Shown here: positions 1 through 8,327 of the stretch, piece by piece | How the letters are laid out: each line of letters opens with the position of its first letter | Position numbering within the stretch: position 1 is the first letter of the stretch | NCBI GenBank assembly: GCA_052387475.1 | Contig: JBQTJD010000018.1 | Span: forward strand, 1 to 37,723 | Reading direction: 5' to 3' | Source of the DNA: Anaerolineales bacterium | GTDB taxonomy: Bacteria > Chloroflexota > Anaerolineae > Anaerolineales > UBA6663 | Length of the DNA: 37,723 nucleotides | Made by a program: the position numbers and the translations under genes | The notes under the pieces: generated by a model | What the model saw: the letters and a program-made list of their open reading frames with translations, nothing else | Databases searched by the model: none | Told to the model about the DNA's origin: nothing

Positions 1-20
1 TGCGTGTTGAGCGGAAACGC

Positions 21-49
21 AATCGCGCGGGACAACGTCCCGCGCGATT
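21..49 (-). terminator. Hairpin downstream of the large exported protein gene
   Basis: The arms AATCGCGCGGGAC (21-33) and GTCCCGCGCGATT (37-49) form a perfect 13-bp stem with a 3-nt loop. It lies 42 nt beyond the stop at 91-93 on the minus strand. There is no clean U-tract, so terminator function is uncertain. Confidence 0.4.
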
Positions 50-90
50 GTTGTATCCAACACGCTACTCCCACGACAATGCTGTGCCTG

Positions 91-3000
91 TTACGGCGTC
101 GTGATCTCGATAAAGTTTACCTTGTTGTTCTGCGCACCGGCGGCGTTGCTGAGGGTCAGCCGGCCATCGCTGACTGTGACCGTGACGGTGTTGTCGAACC
201 AGCGTTGGTTTTCACTCGGCGTGCCGTCAATCGCCAATACGCCCTCGACGCTAAGCCGGTACACGCTGTCGGTTGCCGTTGCGTCGCCGGCCACCACGCG
301 CACGGTGTACGTGCCGTTTGGCAGGGTGATCTCCCACGTGCAGCTCCCGCCGCATACGTTGGGCCGCTGCATGTGGACGAAGGTATCGTAGCGTTGATCG
401 GGCGAATTCGCCGCGTCGCGGTCGCGCCCGGTGCGATTATCGGCGCTCCAGCCGTAGTCGTAACCGTTGCGGCTGCCGAATCGCTTCCCGGCATCGGGCA
501 GATAGCCCTCGGGCACTGTCACGTTAGCCTTTTGAAAGTTGATCTTGATCACGCTCGGTGTGGCTGGCGGTGTGTTGGTCGGCGCGGGCGTGGCGGTGGC
601 CGCCTGAGTCACGGTCGGCCCCGGCGTGGCCGTGGCTGCCCCGCCCACGATCTCGATGAAGGCGATCTTGAAGCTCTGTGCTGAGGGGTTGCTGAGCGTC
701 AAGCGTCCGTCGTTGACCGTGACCTGCACAGTGCCCTCGAGCCAGCGCTGTGTGCCGGAAGAGACGCCATCCACGATCAGCACGTCTTCAGCCTTTATTT
801 GATAGAGCGTGTCATAGTAGCTTGGGTCGCCCGCCACGAGGCGCACCGTGTACGCGCCGTTCGGCAGCGCGAGTTCCCACGTGAAGTCCCCGGCGCGCTG
901 CATGTGCAACAACGTGTCATAGCGTTGGTCCTGTGACAGGCCGTCATCGCGATCACGCGCACCGTCAGAGTTGTCCGCATTCCAGCCGTACTGATAGCCG
1001 CTGCCGCGATCCCCATAGACCTCGCCAGTGTCGGCTAGATAGGCGGCCGGGATTGCGGCCCCCGCCGGTTGGAAATTAATCTTCACGTTCAACCCGGAGG
1101 CGGGCGTTTGCGTCGGCCCACTGGTCGGCGATGGCGTGGATGTTGGCACCGCTATATGTGTCGCCGTCGCTACGGCGGTTGTTGTCTGAGTCGGTGTACG
1201 AGTGGATGTGCTCGCCGGCAGCGGCGTGGCGCTAGGCATGGCGGTGTTGGTGCGAGTCGGCGTGAACGCTTGACCGCCGCTACGCACACTCTCGGCCGGG
1301 CCGTTGCCGTTCGGCGTGTAATTGCTGTCCGTCGTCAGCATAATCCGATCCACTGCTGCCCCATCTTCACGCATCCAGATATTAATCACGCGCACGCCCG
1401 CCGTCGTGGTCGTCACTTGCCGGCTGCCGCCGCCCGTCCACACCCAGCTCCCCGAGGCCCCAAACCCGAAACTCGTGGTCGCCGCCACGGTCTGCCCATC
1501 CAGCCCGACATGCACCGAGTCGGAGCCTCCATGCTCGGCGTAAACACGCAGCCACACGAAATACGTGCCGGGGGTGGTGACGTTCACTCGGTAGTTGATC
1601 TCGGGGCTGGTCGTCGCCAGACCGGTCGTGATCGTGTTGCCATCGTCCGGCTCGGTGCGCATAAAGCCGCTGCCCACGTAGCCGGCCACATTCGAGCGCG
1701 ACGTCCAGGCATCGCCGTTGCGTGCAATGTTGCCGTCATAGTTTTCGGCTTCCATCACCACCTGCCCGCCGATTTCCTGAAAGGCCTGGCCCGCCGCAGT
1801 CGCTGTGGGCGTCGCCGATGGCGTGGGTGACGACGCCCCGGGCGTGCGAGTGGCGGTCGCTGGCGCAGTCGCGGTTTGGGTCGCGCCAGTTGTCGGGGTG
1901 ATCTCGATGAAGGCGATCTTGTTAAAAGTCGCGCCGCCGCCATTGCTCACGGTCAAGCGCCCATCGGTCACCGTTACTTGCACCGTGCCCTCGAGCCAGC
2001 GACTGCTTGCGGTCGAAGTGCCGTCCACTGCCAGCCTGCCTTCCACGGCGATCCGGTACACGGTATCGTAGTAGCCCGGGTCACCGGCCACCACGCGCAC
2101 GCTGTATGACCCGGACGGCACGGCCAGTTCCCACGTAAACGCGCCGCCCAATTGCATGTGGTTGAGTGTGTCGTAACGCTGATCGGGTGAGCTGGGGTAC
2201 TCGCGATCACGCGCGTTGGCCGTGTTGTCGGCGTTCCAGCCGTAACTGTGCCCGTTGCCGCGGTCGCCGAAGGATTGGCCGGCGTCCGGCAGGTAGCCCA
2301 ACGGCGTGATGCTGCCGGCAGTTTGGAAGTTGATCTTCACCGCGCCGGCCGGGCCGGGGGTGGCGCTTGCGCCGGGCGGTGTCGTCCGGGTGGCGGTCGG
2401 TGTGGGCGTCGTCTCACCGATGCTGATGCGGGTGGCAGTCGCTGTCGGCGTTGGGGCAGTCGTCGAGGTCAGCTTGATCACCCAATCGTCGTTGTCGGCA
2501 TACGTGCCCGCCGGCACGGTCCATGATCCGCCACTCAGCGTGATGGGATTGCCGCCGTTGAGATTGCTGTACACACCAGAGCGTGGATTGAAGGCTTGAG
2601 CCACATACGGCCCGGAGCCTAGCCCCGTCAACTGGATCGCCTTGCCGGCGTTGCCGCGCGGGAGGTAAAGGATGTGGAGTTGGTTGGGAATCGACGCGGC
2701 GTGCGGTGGGGTGATCGTACTGCCCGATGGCGGCGGTGGCGTGCTGCCGTTTACGCGCAGCGCTTCGCGACTCGGTTCCAGTTGCCACCATGGGACGGCG
2801 ACAAAGAAATCGCGCACGGTCTTCGCGTAGCCTGAGCCGGGATAATTCAGCGCCTCGTCCCAGGGTGTGGCATCGTAAGTTGCGACGCCAGTTTGTCCGC
2901 TGGGCGCATTGGGGTCATAAAAGTTGGTGAGGCCGCCCGCGCCATAGGTGTGACCGGCAGCGCCGTTCAGAAGCGCCGTCCACATTTGCCAACGCACTTC

Positions 3001-4305
3001 GTACGCGTCGGCGCCTTCGGCGCGATTGTTCTCGTAAAAGCCTTCAGAGTGGATGGTCGGTTTCACCGGCGAACGCGTGTAATCGTCATGCGTGCGCTGG
3101 TACACGTAGAAGAGGTGATCATCGTAGTGGCGGGTCTGCGTCCAATTGACGGTCAGCCATGGCTGCGCATGAAATTCGCCGGCTGAAGATTGTTCGTGGG
3201 CGCGCGCTCCCCATTCAGGTGGGTCGGCCTCATCGGGCCGGCCACTGGGATGGATGGTGAGGGCATGCCCATAAGCGTTATAGCTTTGCACCGCCTGGCC
3301 TAACTGATTCCATTCGCAGCCAGAGTTGGCATGGTCGCCCGAATAATCCCAGCATAGCTCCCACACACCGCCCGAAGTCGCATCGTCCCAAACGTTGGAG
3401 CCGGGATACTTGTATTGATATTCACCCGAAAGACTCCAGATTAGATTGTAAGCTCCATAGCGAGCCATGAGATAGCGGGAAATGAGTTTGGCATCGCTGA
3501 GCGACGACTTGTACTCGCTGAACCAGGCCGGATGCGCGCCGATGACCAGCCCACGATCAAACAGCGCTCGGATACGGATATCGAGGTACTGAAAATGCTC
3601 GGCGCTCAGAGTCGAGAAGTCGCCATTGCCGTCGGGGGCCTGGGTATTGTCCGGGAAAGGGTAACCGCCTTCATTCCGGTTATTCAACTGGAAGAACTGG
3701 GTCTGAATAACGGTAAAACCTTTGTTCACGCGATCATCGAGCCAGGTATAGAAACGCTGGTTGTCGTACTCGCCGCCGCCCAGGCCCGCGCGTATGGCAT
3801 TGATTTCCCAGGCGGTGTCGCCCAGCCAGAAGAACGGCGTGCCATCGGCATACGTGAAATATCGATTGGCGCGCGCGCCGCTTGTGGCAACGCGCACGTG
3901 GCCTCGATAATTGGGGTTGGCGGCGATTTGTGCGCTGGTCGGCGCTGCAACCTGCAATGAACCGGAAGCCCGCAGGCTGGCGTCGCTCGAAGTCGTCGCC
4001 CAATTCCACGTTCCGGCGCGGGTCGGCGTAAAGCGCACCGTCCACACATGTTGGCCGCTGCCGTTCTCGCCGTCATAGTAACCGTCAACGGTGAGGGTGG
4101 TTCCGCTGCTGTGCGTGAAGGTCGCCCGCACCGGAAAGTCGTGCCAGGCATGCGTCTGTGACGTGGTAAACGAACGATCCCAGATTTCCCGTTGGGTCAC
4201 GCTGCTTTGCCCAAGCGCCATCTGCGCGGGCACAAGCGTCAAGACGACTGCCACTATTCCAAGCACCTGCACCATACGTTGAAAAAACAATGTGAGGGAT
4301 TTCAT
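91..4305 (-). CDS. Exported multidomain glycoside-hydrolase-like protein (DUF5060 + DUF4038/GH140-like core, CBM-like module, three malectin-like modules, Pro/Thr linkers)
   Basis: The start is placed at ATG 4305 (MKSLTLFF...), which has GAGAGGAA upstream and a hydrophobic signal peptide ending ALGQ. The motif ADGTPFFWLGDTAWE...KGFTVIQTQF is typical of DUF4038/GH140. EAENYD...YFVWLRVYA looks CBM6/35-like. Three roughly 150-aa modules share KINFQ...GYLPDAG...YGWNADN...DQRYDT..HMQ...TWE...VR.VAGD...RWLEG...DGRLT.SN...FIEI (malectin-like), at 94-552, 640-1089 and about 1900-2340. Confidence 0.8.
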   Translation of the reverse strand: MKSLTLFFQRMVQVLGIVAVVLTLVPAQMALGQSSVTQREIWDRSFTTSQTHAWHDFPVRATFTHSSGTTLTVDGYYDGENGSGQHVWTVRFTPTRAGTWNWATTSSDASLRASGSLQVAAPTSAQIAANPNYRGHVRVATSGARANRYFTYADGTPFFWLGDTAWEINAIRAGLGGGEYDNQRFYTWLDDRVNKGFTVIQTQFFQLNNRNEGGYPFPDNTQAPDGNGDFSTLSAEHFQYLDIRIRALFDRGLVIGAHPAWFSEYKSSLSDAKLISRYLMARYGAYNLIWSLSGEYQYKYPGSNVWDDATSGGVWELCWDYSGDHANSGCEWNQLGQAVQSYNAYGHALTIHPSGRPDEADPPEWGARAHEQSSAGEFHAQPWLTVNWTQTRHYDDHLFYVYQRTHDDYTRSPVKPTIHSEGFYENNRAEGADAYEVRWQMWTALLNGAAGHTYGAGGLTNFYDPNAPSGQTGVATYDATPWDEALNYPGSGYAKTVRDFFVAVPWWQLEPSREALRVNGSTPPPPSGSTITPPHAASIPNQLHILYLPRGNAGKAIQLTGLGSGPYVAQAFNPRSGVYSNLNGGNPITLSGGSWTVPAGTYADNDDWVIKLTSTTAPTPTATATRISIGETTPTPTATRTTPPGASATPGPAGAVKINFQTAGSITPLGYLPDAGQSFGDRGNGHSYGWNADNTANARDREYPSSPDQRYDTLNHMQLGGAFTWELAVPSGSYSVRVVAGDPGYYDTVYRIAVEGRLAVDGTSTASSRWLEGTVQVTVTDGRLTVSNGGGATFNKIAFIEITPTTGATQTATAPATATRTPGASSPTPSATPTATAAGQAFQEIGGQVVMEAENYDGNIARNGDAWTSRSNVAGYVGSGFMRTEPDDGNTITTGLATTSPEINYRVNVTTPGTYFVWLRVYAEHGGSDSVHVGLDGQTVAATTSFGFGASGSWVWTGGGSRQVTTTTAGVRVINIWMREDGAAVDRIMLTTDSNYTPNGNGPAESVRSGGQAFTPTRTNTAMPSATPLPASTSTRTPTQTTTAVATATHIAVPTSTPSPTSGPTQTPASGLNVKINFQPAGAAIPAAYLADTGEVYGDRGSGYQYGWNADNSDGARDRDDGLSQDQRYDTLLHMQRAGDFTWELALPNGAYTVRLVAGDPSYYDTLYQIKAEDVLIVDGVSSGTQRWLEGTVQVTVNDGRLTLSNPSAQSFKIAFIEIVGGAATATPGPTVTQAATATPAPTNTPPATPSVIKINFQKANVTVPEGYLPDAGKRFGSRNGYDYGWSADNRTGRDRDAANSPDQRYDTFVHMQRPNVCGGSCTWEITLPNGTYTVRVVAGDATATDSVYRLSVEGVLAIDGTPSENQRWFDNTVTVTVSDGRLTLSNAAGAQNNKVNFIEITTP

Positions 4306-4568
4306 TGTTCCGTTCCTCTCACATGTGACTCTAGCCGTCCGGCGAACGACTGTCAGCAAATTCAACCCTAAGATTGCGTGAACACTGAGTGAAGTTGCCG
4401 TAATATCTCTCAAGTTGACACAATGACGTTACGCCCGGGGCAAATTCAACTCATGCGGCTTTCACAATTCTTGATGCTGTAGGACAAACGATGACACGTC
4501 GCAGGGCGGGTTTCCTGAAATATAAAGTAGAATCACGACTGAAGTTCAAACCCTGGGAGAAATCGGCG

Positions 4569-5087
4569 ATGGCACAAAGCACAACCACCCTCACATCCGC
4601 TTCGTCCGTAAGCGGCCACAACCGCATGAAATTCCTCATCGGCGGCGGGGTCATCATTGCAGCGATTGTGTTTCTCATCGCCACGACGATGACCAGCACT
4701 CTGCAATACTTTTTGACTATCGAAGAGTTGCAGGCGCAGGGGGCGGGTGTGGTTGGCAAGAACTTGCGCGTCTCCGGCGCGGTGCTCGGTGATACCATCA
4801 CCTATGATCCGCAGACTTTAGAGATCACTTTTGAAATGGCGAACGTGCCGGGCGATCTGGCTGAAGTGGAAAAGGCCGGGGGGCTGGCTGAGGTGTTGCA
4901 TCAAGCGGTGCAGAACACGAGCGCGGCGCGCGTCACGGTCAAATACATTGGCCCCAAGCCAGACCTGTTGCGGCATGAAGCCCAGGCCATCGTCACCGGC
5001 AAGCTGGGCGAGGACGGCGTGTTCTACGCCGATGAACTGCAACTCAAGTGCCCGACCCGTTACGACGAGGCCGCGCCCCAAAGTTGA
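4569..5087 (+). CDS. ccmE: Cytochrome c maturation heme chaperone CcmE, Cys-type (CXXXY) variant
   Basis: The protein has an N-terminal TM anchor (FLIGGGVIIAAIVFLIATT) followed by an OB-fold-like region (LRVSGAVLGD...VTVKYIGPKPDLLRHEAQAIVTGKL...FYADELQLKCPTRYDE). The start is chosen at ATG 4569, preceded by GGGAGA. The heme-binding position reads KCPTRY (5049-5063) instead of the canonical KHDENY. Confidence 0.8.
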   Translation: MAQSTTTLTSASSVSGHNRMKFLIGGGVIIAAIVFLIATTMTSTLQYFLTIEELQAQGAGVVGKNLRVSGAVLGDTITYDPQTLEITFEMANVPGDLAEVEKAGGLAEVLHQAVQNTSAARVTVKYIGPKPDLLRHEAQAIVTGKLGEDGVFYADELQLKCPTRYDEAAPQS

Positions 5088-5097
5088 GCGCACCGGT

Positions 5098-5139
5098 AAA
5101 GACCGCAGCGGTTTGCAAAACCGCTGCGGTCTTTTTTGT
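5098..5139 (+). terminator. Rho-independent terminator after ccmE
   Basis: AAAGACCGCAGCGG (5098-5111) pairs perfectly with CCGCTGCGGTCTTT (5121-5134) across a 9-nt loop, followed by a T-run (TTTTTTGTTT). Confidence 0.8.
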
Positions 5140-5166
5140 TTAGAGGCTGTCTCTCAACTTGATTTT

Positions 5167-5233
5167 AGGTGACTGTCACTGGGCAGCAAATACTTGAAAA
5201 TGAATGCACAGCGTTGCCCAGTGACAGTCACCT
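5167..5233. repeat. Long perfect palindrome, AGGTGACTGTCACTGG family, copy 1
   Basis: Left arm AGGTGACTGTCACTGGGCA (5167-5185), right arm TGCCCAGTGACAGTCACCT (5215-5233). The arms are 19/19 complementary with a 29-nt loop. The same 16-nt core recurs at 12695-12761. Confidence 0.85.
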
Positions 5234-5311
5234 TGCGGGTTCAGAGAATGGTCTTATGGATCAGGTATAGGCTCATACGATTGTGATGATAAGGGCCGCC
5301 TGACCTGGGGA

Positions 5312-5320
5312 TGCTACAAT
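5312..5320 (+). promoter_or_regulatory. Candidate extended -10 box (TGcTACAAT) upstream of ccmF
   Basis: TGCTACAAT ends 28 nt before the ccmF ATG at 5349, and no convincing -35 was seen. GCTACAAT-type boxes recur upstream of crtI, kamA and the 33745 gene. Confidence 0.35.
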
Positions 5321-5348
5321 TCGTGTGCAACACTGGCGAGGAATAACT

Positions 5349-7412
5349 ATGATCGCAAACATCGGCTACTTTGGATTGCTGCTGGCGTTGGCCTGCGCTG
5401 TGTACGCGGCGGTCATGGCGGCGTTGAGCGTGGCCTACGCGCGACCTGTATGGCTGGCCAGCGCGCGCCGCGCCGCCCTGCTCACCACGCCGCTGCTCAC
5501 CCTCAGCGCGGTGCTCCTCATCGTGCTGCTGGTGACGGGCGAGTACGGCGTCGAGTATGTCTACAACAGTTCCAATCGCGAGATGCCAACCTATCTCAAG
5601 ATCACCGGCTTGTGGGGCGGGCAGGCCGGCAGCCTGGTGCTGTGGTGCTGGCTGATGTCGGCTTTTACGACCGCCGCGCTGCTGGGTAAATGGGAACGCG
5701 ACCTTGATCTGATGCCGGCGGTGATCGTGGTGATGATGGTGACGCTCGGCTTCTTCATCGGCTTGGTGACGCTGCTGGAGAATCCGTTCGCGCGCTTCTG
5801 GCAGACGGTCGAGGGGAGTGTCGTCACCGCGATGTGGCCGCCCGCGAACGCGTTTCCGTTGACGCCGGAAAATGGCCGCGGTCTCAATCCCTTACTGCGC
5901 CATCCGGGCATGATCATCCATCCGCCGATGCTCTACCTCGGCTTTGTCAGCTTCGTGGTGCCGTTTGCTTTTGCGCTGGGCGCGTTGGCCGCCCGGCGCG
6001 TGGATGACGAATGGCTGCGCACCACGCGCCGCTGGACGGTCATCGGCTGGCTGTTCCTCTCGCTCGGCCTCATCCTTGGTGGGCGCTGGGCGTACGATGT
6101 GCTGGGGTGGGGCGGTTACTGGGGCTGGGACCCGGTGGAAAACGCGGCGCTCCTGCCCTGGCTCACCGGCACCGCTTTCTTGCACTCCTCGATCATTCAA
6201 GAAAAGCGGGGCATGCTCAAACGCTGGAACATGATCCTCATCATGCTCACCTACGGGCTGGTAATCTGGGGCACGTTCCTCACGCGCTCGGGCGTGCTGT
6301 CGTCGGTGCACTCGTTCGCGGCCAGCGCCATCGGCCCGGTGTTCTTCACCTTCATTTCGATGATGATGGCGGCCTCGCTGTGGCTGCTCTTCCGCGCGTG
6401 GGAGGCGCTGGGCGACGAGCATCAACTCGATGGTATGTTGTCACGCGAAGCGGCGTTCCTGCTCAACAACCTGCTCTTCCTCGGCATCGCGGTGGCCGTG
6501 TTCTGGGGCACACACTTCCCGATGATTTCGGAACTCGTCAATGGGCAGAAGATCACCGTCGGCCCGCCGTATTACAACGCCGTCGTCGGCCCGTTGCTTG
6601 GTGGGCTGCTGCTGCTTATGGGCCTTGCACCGCTTACTGCGTGGCGCAAAACCTCGGCACAACAATTGGGCCGGCTGATGCTGATCCCGTTCAGTGCTTC
6701 GATTGTGATTGTGATCGCGCTCGTCATCGCCGGGATACGAAACGTCGGCGCTCTCATCGGTCTGTGGATTGTGTCGCTCGTGCTAATGACCACACTGCTC
6801 GAATTTGTGCGTGGGGCGCAAGCCCGGATGCGTGTAAATGGTGAGAACGCGCTGACGGCACTCAGTCGCTTGATCGAACGCAACCGTCGTCGCTATGGTG
6901 GCTATGTCATCCATCTGGGCATCATCGTCATGGCCCTCGGCGTCATCGGCTCGTCGTTCTTTCAACAAGAAACGCAGGGCCGGTTGGCGCAGGGCGAGCA
7001 ATTGACGGTGGGCCGCTACGTGATGGTGTACGACAGCGTCGATCACTTCATCCACACCGACGGGCGCGAGGTGCACCGCGCCACCGTGAGTGTGTACCGC
7101 GATGGTCAACTGCTCACAACGCTGCACCCCCGCCAGGATATTTACGTTTTGCAAAGCGGTCTGCAACCGATGACGATCCCCGGTGTACGCAGTTCGATTG
7201 AAGATGATTTCTACGTGCTGCTGGTGTCGTGGGAGTCCATCGGCGTAGAGGGGGCGACGTTCAAGGTGTACGTCAACCCGCTCATCAACTGGGTGTGGGC
7301 CGGCGGGCTGGTGTTCATCGCGGGCACGCTCATTGCGGTGTGGCCGCAAGCCGAAGCCACGCGCCGAATGGCCCTTTCCCGTCCCGTGGCCGCTCAAGGC
7401 GCAACAGATTAA
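5349..7412 (+). CDS. ccmF: Cytochrome c heme lyase subunit CcmF
   Basis: A polytopic membrane protein of about 687 aa with the WWD motif GWGGYWGWDPVENAALLPWL. The start is ATG 5349, after GAGGA. Confidence 0.9.
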   Translation: MIANIGYFGLLLALACAVYAAVMAALSVAYARPVWLASARRAALLTTPLLTLSAVLLIVLLVTGEYGVEYVYNSSNREMPTYLKITGLWGGQAGSLVLWCWLMSAFTTAALLGKWERDLDLMPAVIVVMMVTLGFFIGLVTLLENPFARFWQTVEGSVVTAMWPPANAFPLTPENGRGLNPLLRHPGMIIHPPMLYLGFVSFVVPFAFALGALAARRVDDEWLRTTRRWTVIGWLFLSLGLILGGRWAYDVLGWGGYWGWDPVENAALLPWLTGTAFLHSSIIQEKRGMLKRWNMILIMLTYGLVIWGTFLTRSGVLSSVHSFAASAIGPVFFTFISMMMAASLWLLFRAWEALGDEHQLDGMLSREAAFLLNNLLFLGIAVAVFWGTHFPMISELVNGQKITVGPPYYNAVVGPLLGGLLLLMGLAPLTAWRKTSAQQLGRLMLIPFSASIVIVIALVIAGIRNVGALIGLWIVSLVLMTTLLEFVRGAQARMRVNGENALTALSRLIERNRRRYGGYVIHLGIIVMALGVIGSSFFQQETQGRLAQGEQLTVGRYVMVYDSVDHFIHTDGREVHRATVSVYRDGQLLTTLHPRQDIYVLQSGLQPMTIPGVRSSIEDDFYVLLVSWESIGVEGATFKVYVNPLINWVWAGGLVFIAGTLIAVWPQAEATRRMALSRPVAAQGATD

Positions 7413-7940
7413 ATGAACCGCGAAGACGCGAAGAGCGCAAAGAGCTTCACGAAGTTTTTCTTAGCGGCCTTCGCGTCTTTGCGGTTAGCTTTTCTACTTG
7501 GTCTTTTTCTCGCTCTTGCCAATGGGAAGGTAAACGCCCAGACGCCCGCGCCGTCCGACAATGACGTCAACCGCGTCGCCAAGCAGTTGTATTGCCCGGT
7601 GTGCGAAAACATCCCGCTGGATGTGTGCCCGACGCAGGCCTGCGCACAATGGCGCGAAACCATCCGCGAGAAACTGGCGCAAGGCTGGACGGATCAACAA
7701 ATAAGGGACTACTTCGCCGAACAGTATGGCAACCGGGTGCTGGCCTCGCCGCCGGCCAGCGGCCTGAACGTGCTGGTGTGGGTGCTGCCGCCATTGGCGC
7801 TCGCAGTGGGCGCGTTCATCCTGTGGCGCTTTTTACGCGGCCGCACGCGCTCAGTCGCCGCTCCATCCCCGGCCCCATCGGCGCCGCCCACCAATGAATA
7901 TGCAGCGCGCTTGGAAGAGGAATTGAAACAGAGAAGGTAA
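7413..7940 (+). CDS. ccmH: Cytochrome c biogenesis protein CcmH (CXXC thiol-disulfide component)
   Basis: The motif LYCPVCENIPLDVC...WRETIREKLAQGWTDQQIRDYFAEQYGNRVLASPP followed by a TM helix matches the CcmH/NrfF pattern (LRCxxC...RYG..v...PP). The ATG directly abuts the ccmF stop (TAAATG). The first roughly 25 codons are encoded by a palindromic repeat. Confidence 0.75.
   Translation: MNREDAKSAKSFTKFFLAAFASLRLAFLLGLFLALANGKVNAQTPAPSDNDVNRVAKQLYCPVCENIPLDVCPTQACAQWRETIREKLAQGWTDQQIRDYFAEQYGNRVLASPPASGLNVLVWVLPPLALAVGAFILWRFLRGRTRSVAAPSPAPSAPPTNEYAARLEEELKQRR
7416..7486. repeat. Junction palindromic element (tandem-octamer arms), copy inside the ccmH 5' end
   Basis: AACCGCGAAGACGCGAAG (7416-7433) is 17/18 complementary to CTTCGCGTCTTTGCGGTT (7469-7486). 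The arms are built from tandem GCGAAGA-like units and the loop contains TTTTTCTT. Confidence 0.7.
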
Positions 7941-7985
7941 ATGTGATAAGCGAAGCGACGGTCACGCTTCACGCGATTCGACACA

Positions 7986-8327
7986 ATGGATATTGGCTCT
8001 CTGCTTTTTGGTCTCGCGCTGCTGCTCGTCAGCGCCTTTCTCATCGCGCAGCCGTTGCTCGAACGACCCGCCGCGCCCGGCTCCTTAACTTCCACGCTCG
8101 AAGCGTTACAAGCCGAGCGCGAGGCCATCCTCGCCGCGCTGCGCGATCTCGATTTCGATTATTCCACGGGCAAAATCACCACCGAGGATCATAGGACGCA
8201 ACGCGCCGCCCTCGTGCAACGCGGGGCCGAGGTGTTGCGGGCGCTGGACATCCAATCGCCCACTGACCTGGTTGATGCAGACATTGAACGCGCCATCGCC
8301 GCTCGGCGCGAAGGGGCAAAAGATTGA
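7986..8327 (+). CDS. Small membrane-anchored protein, CcmI N-terminal-domain-like
   Basis: It has one N-terminal TM helix (IGSLLFGLALLLVSAFLIAQPLL) followed by LRDLDFDYSTGKITTEDHRTQRAAL, which resembles the cytoplasmic motif of the CcmI/CycH N-terminal domain. It sits between ccmH and a cytochrome c gene. Confidence 0.5.
   Translation: MDIGSLLFGLALLLVSAFLIAQPLLERPAAPGSLTSTLEALQAEREAILAALRDLDFDYSTGKITTEDHRTQRAALVQRGAEVLRALDIQSPTDLVDADIERAIAARREGAKD

Noticed and set aside
4491-4568. The upstream start of ccmE at 4491 (MTRRRAGFLKYKVESRLKF...), and similar long N-terminal extensions at 4413 (large exported protein), 24532 (crtB), 26266 (cruF), 27828 (GT2), 23047 (DUF4058) and 34126 (protease).
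   Set aside because: In each case an internal start has a Shine-Dalgarno sequence, or an ATGA or short overlap with the upstream gene, and it begins exactly where a signal peptide or family-conserved N-terminus starts. The extensions overlap upstream genes or intergenic repeats.
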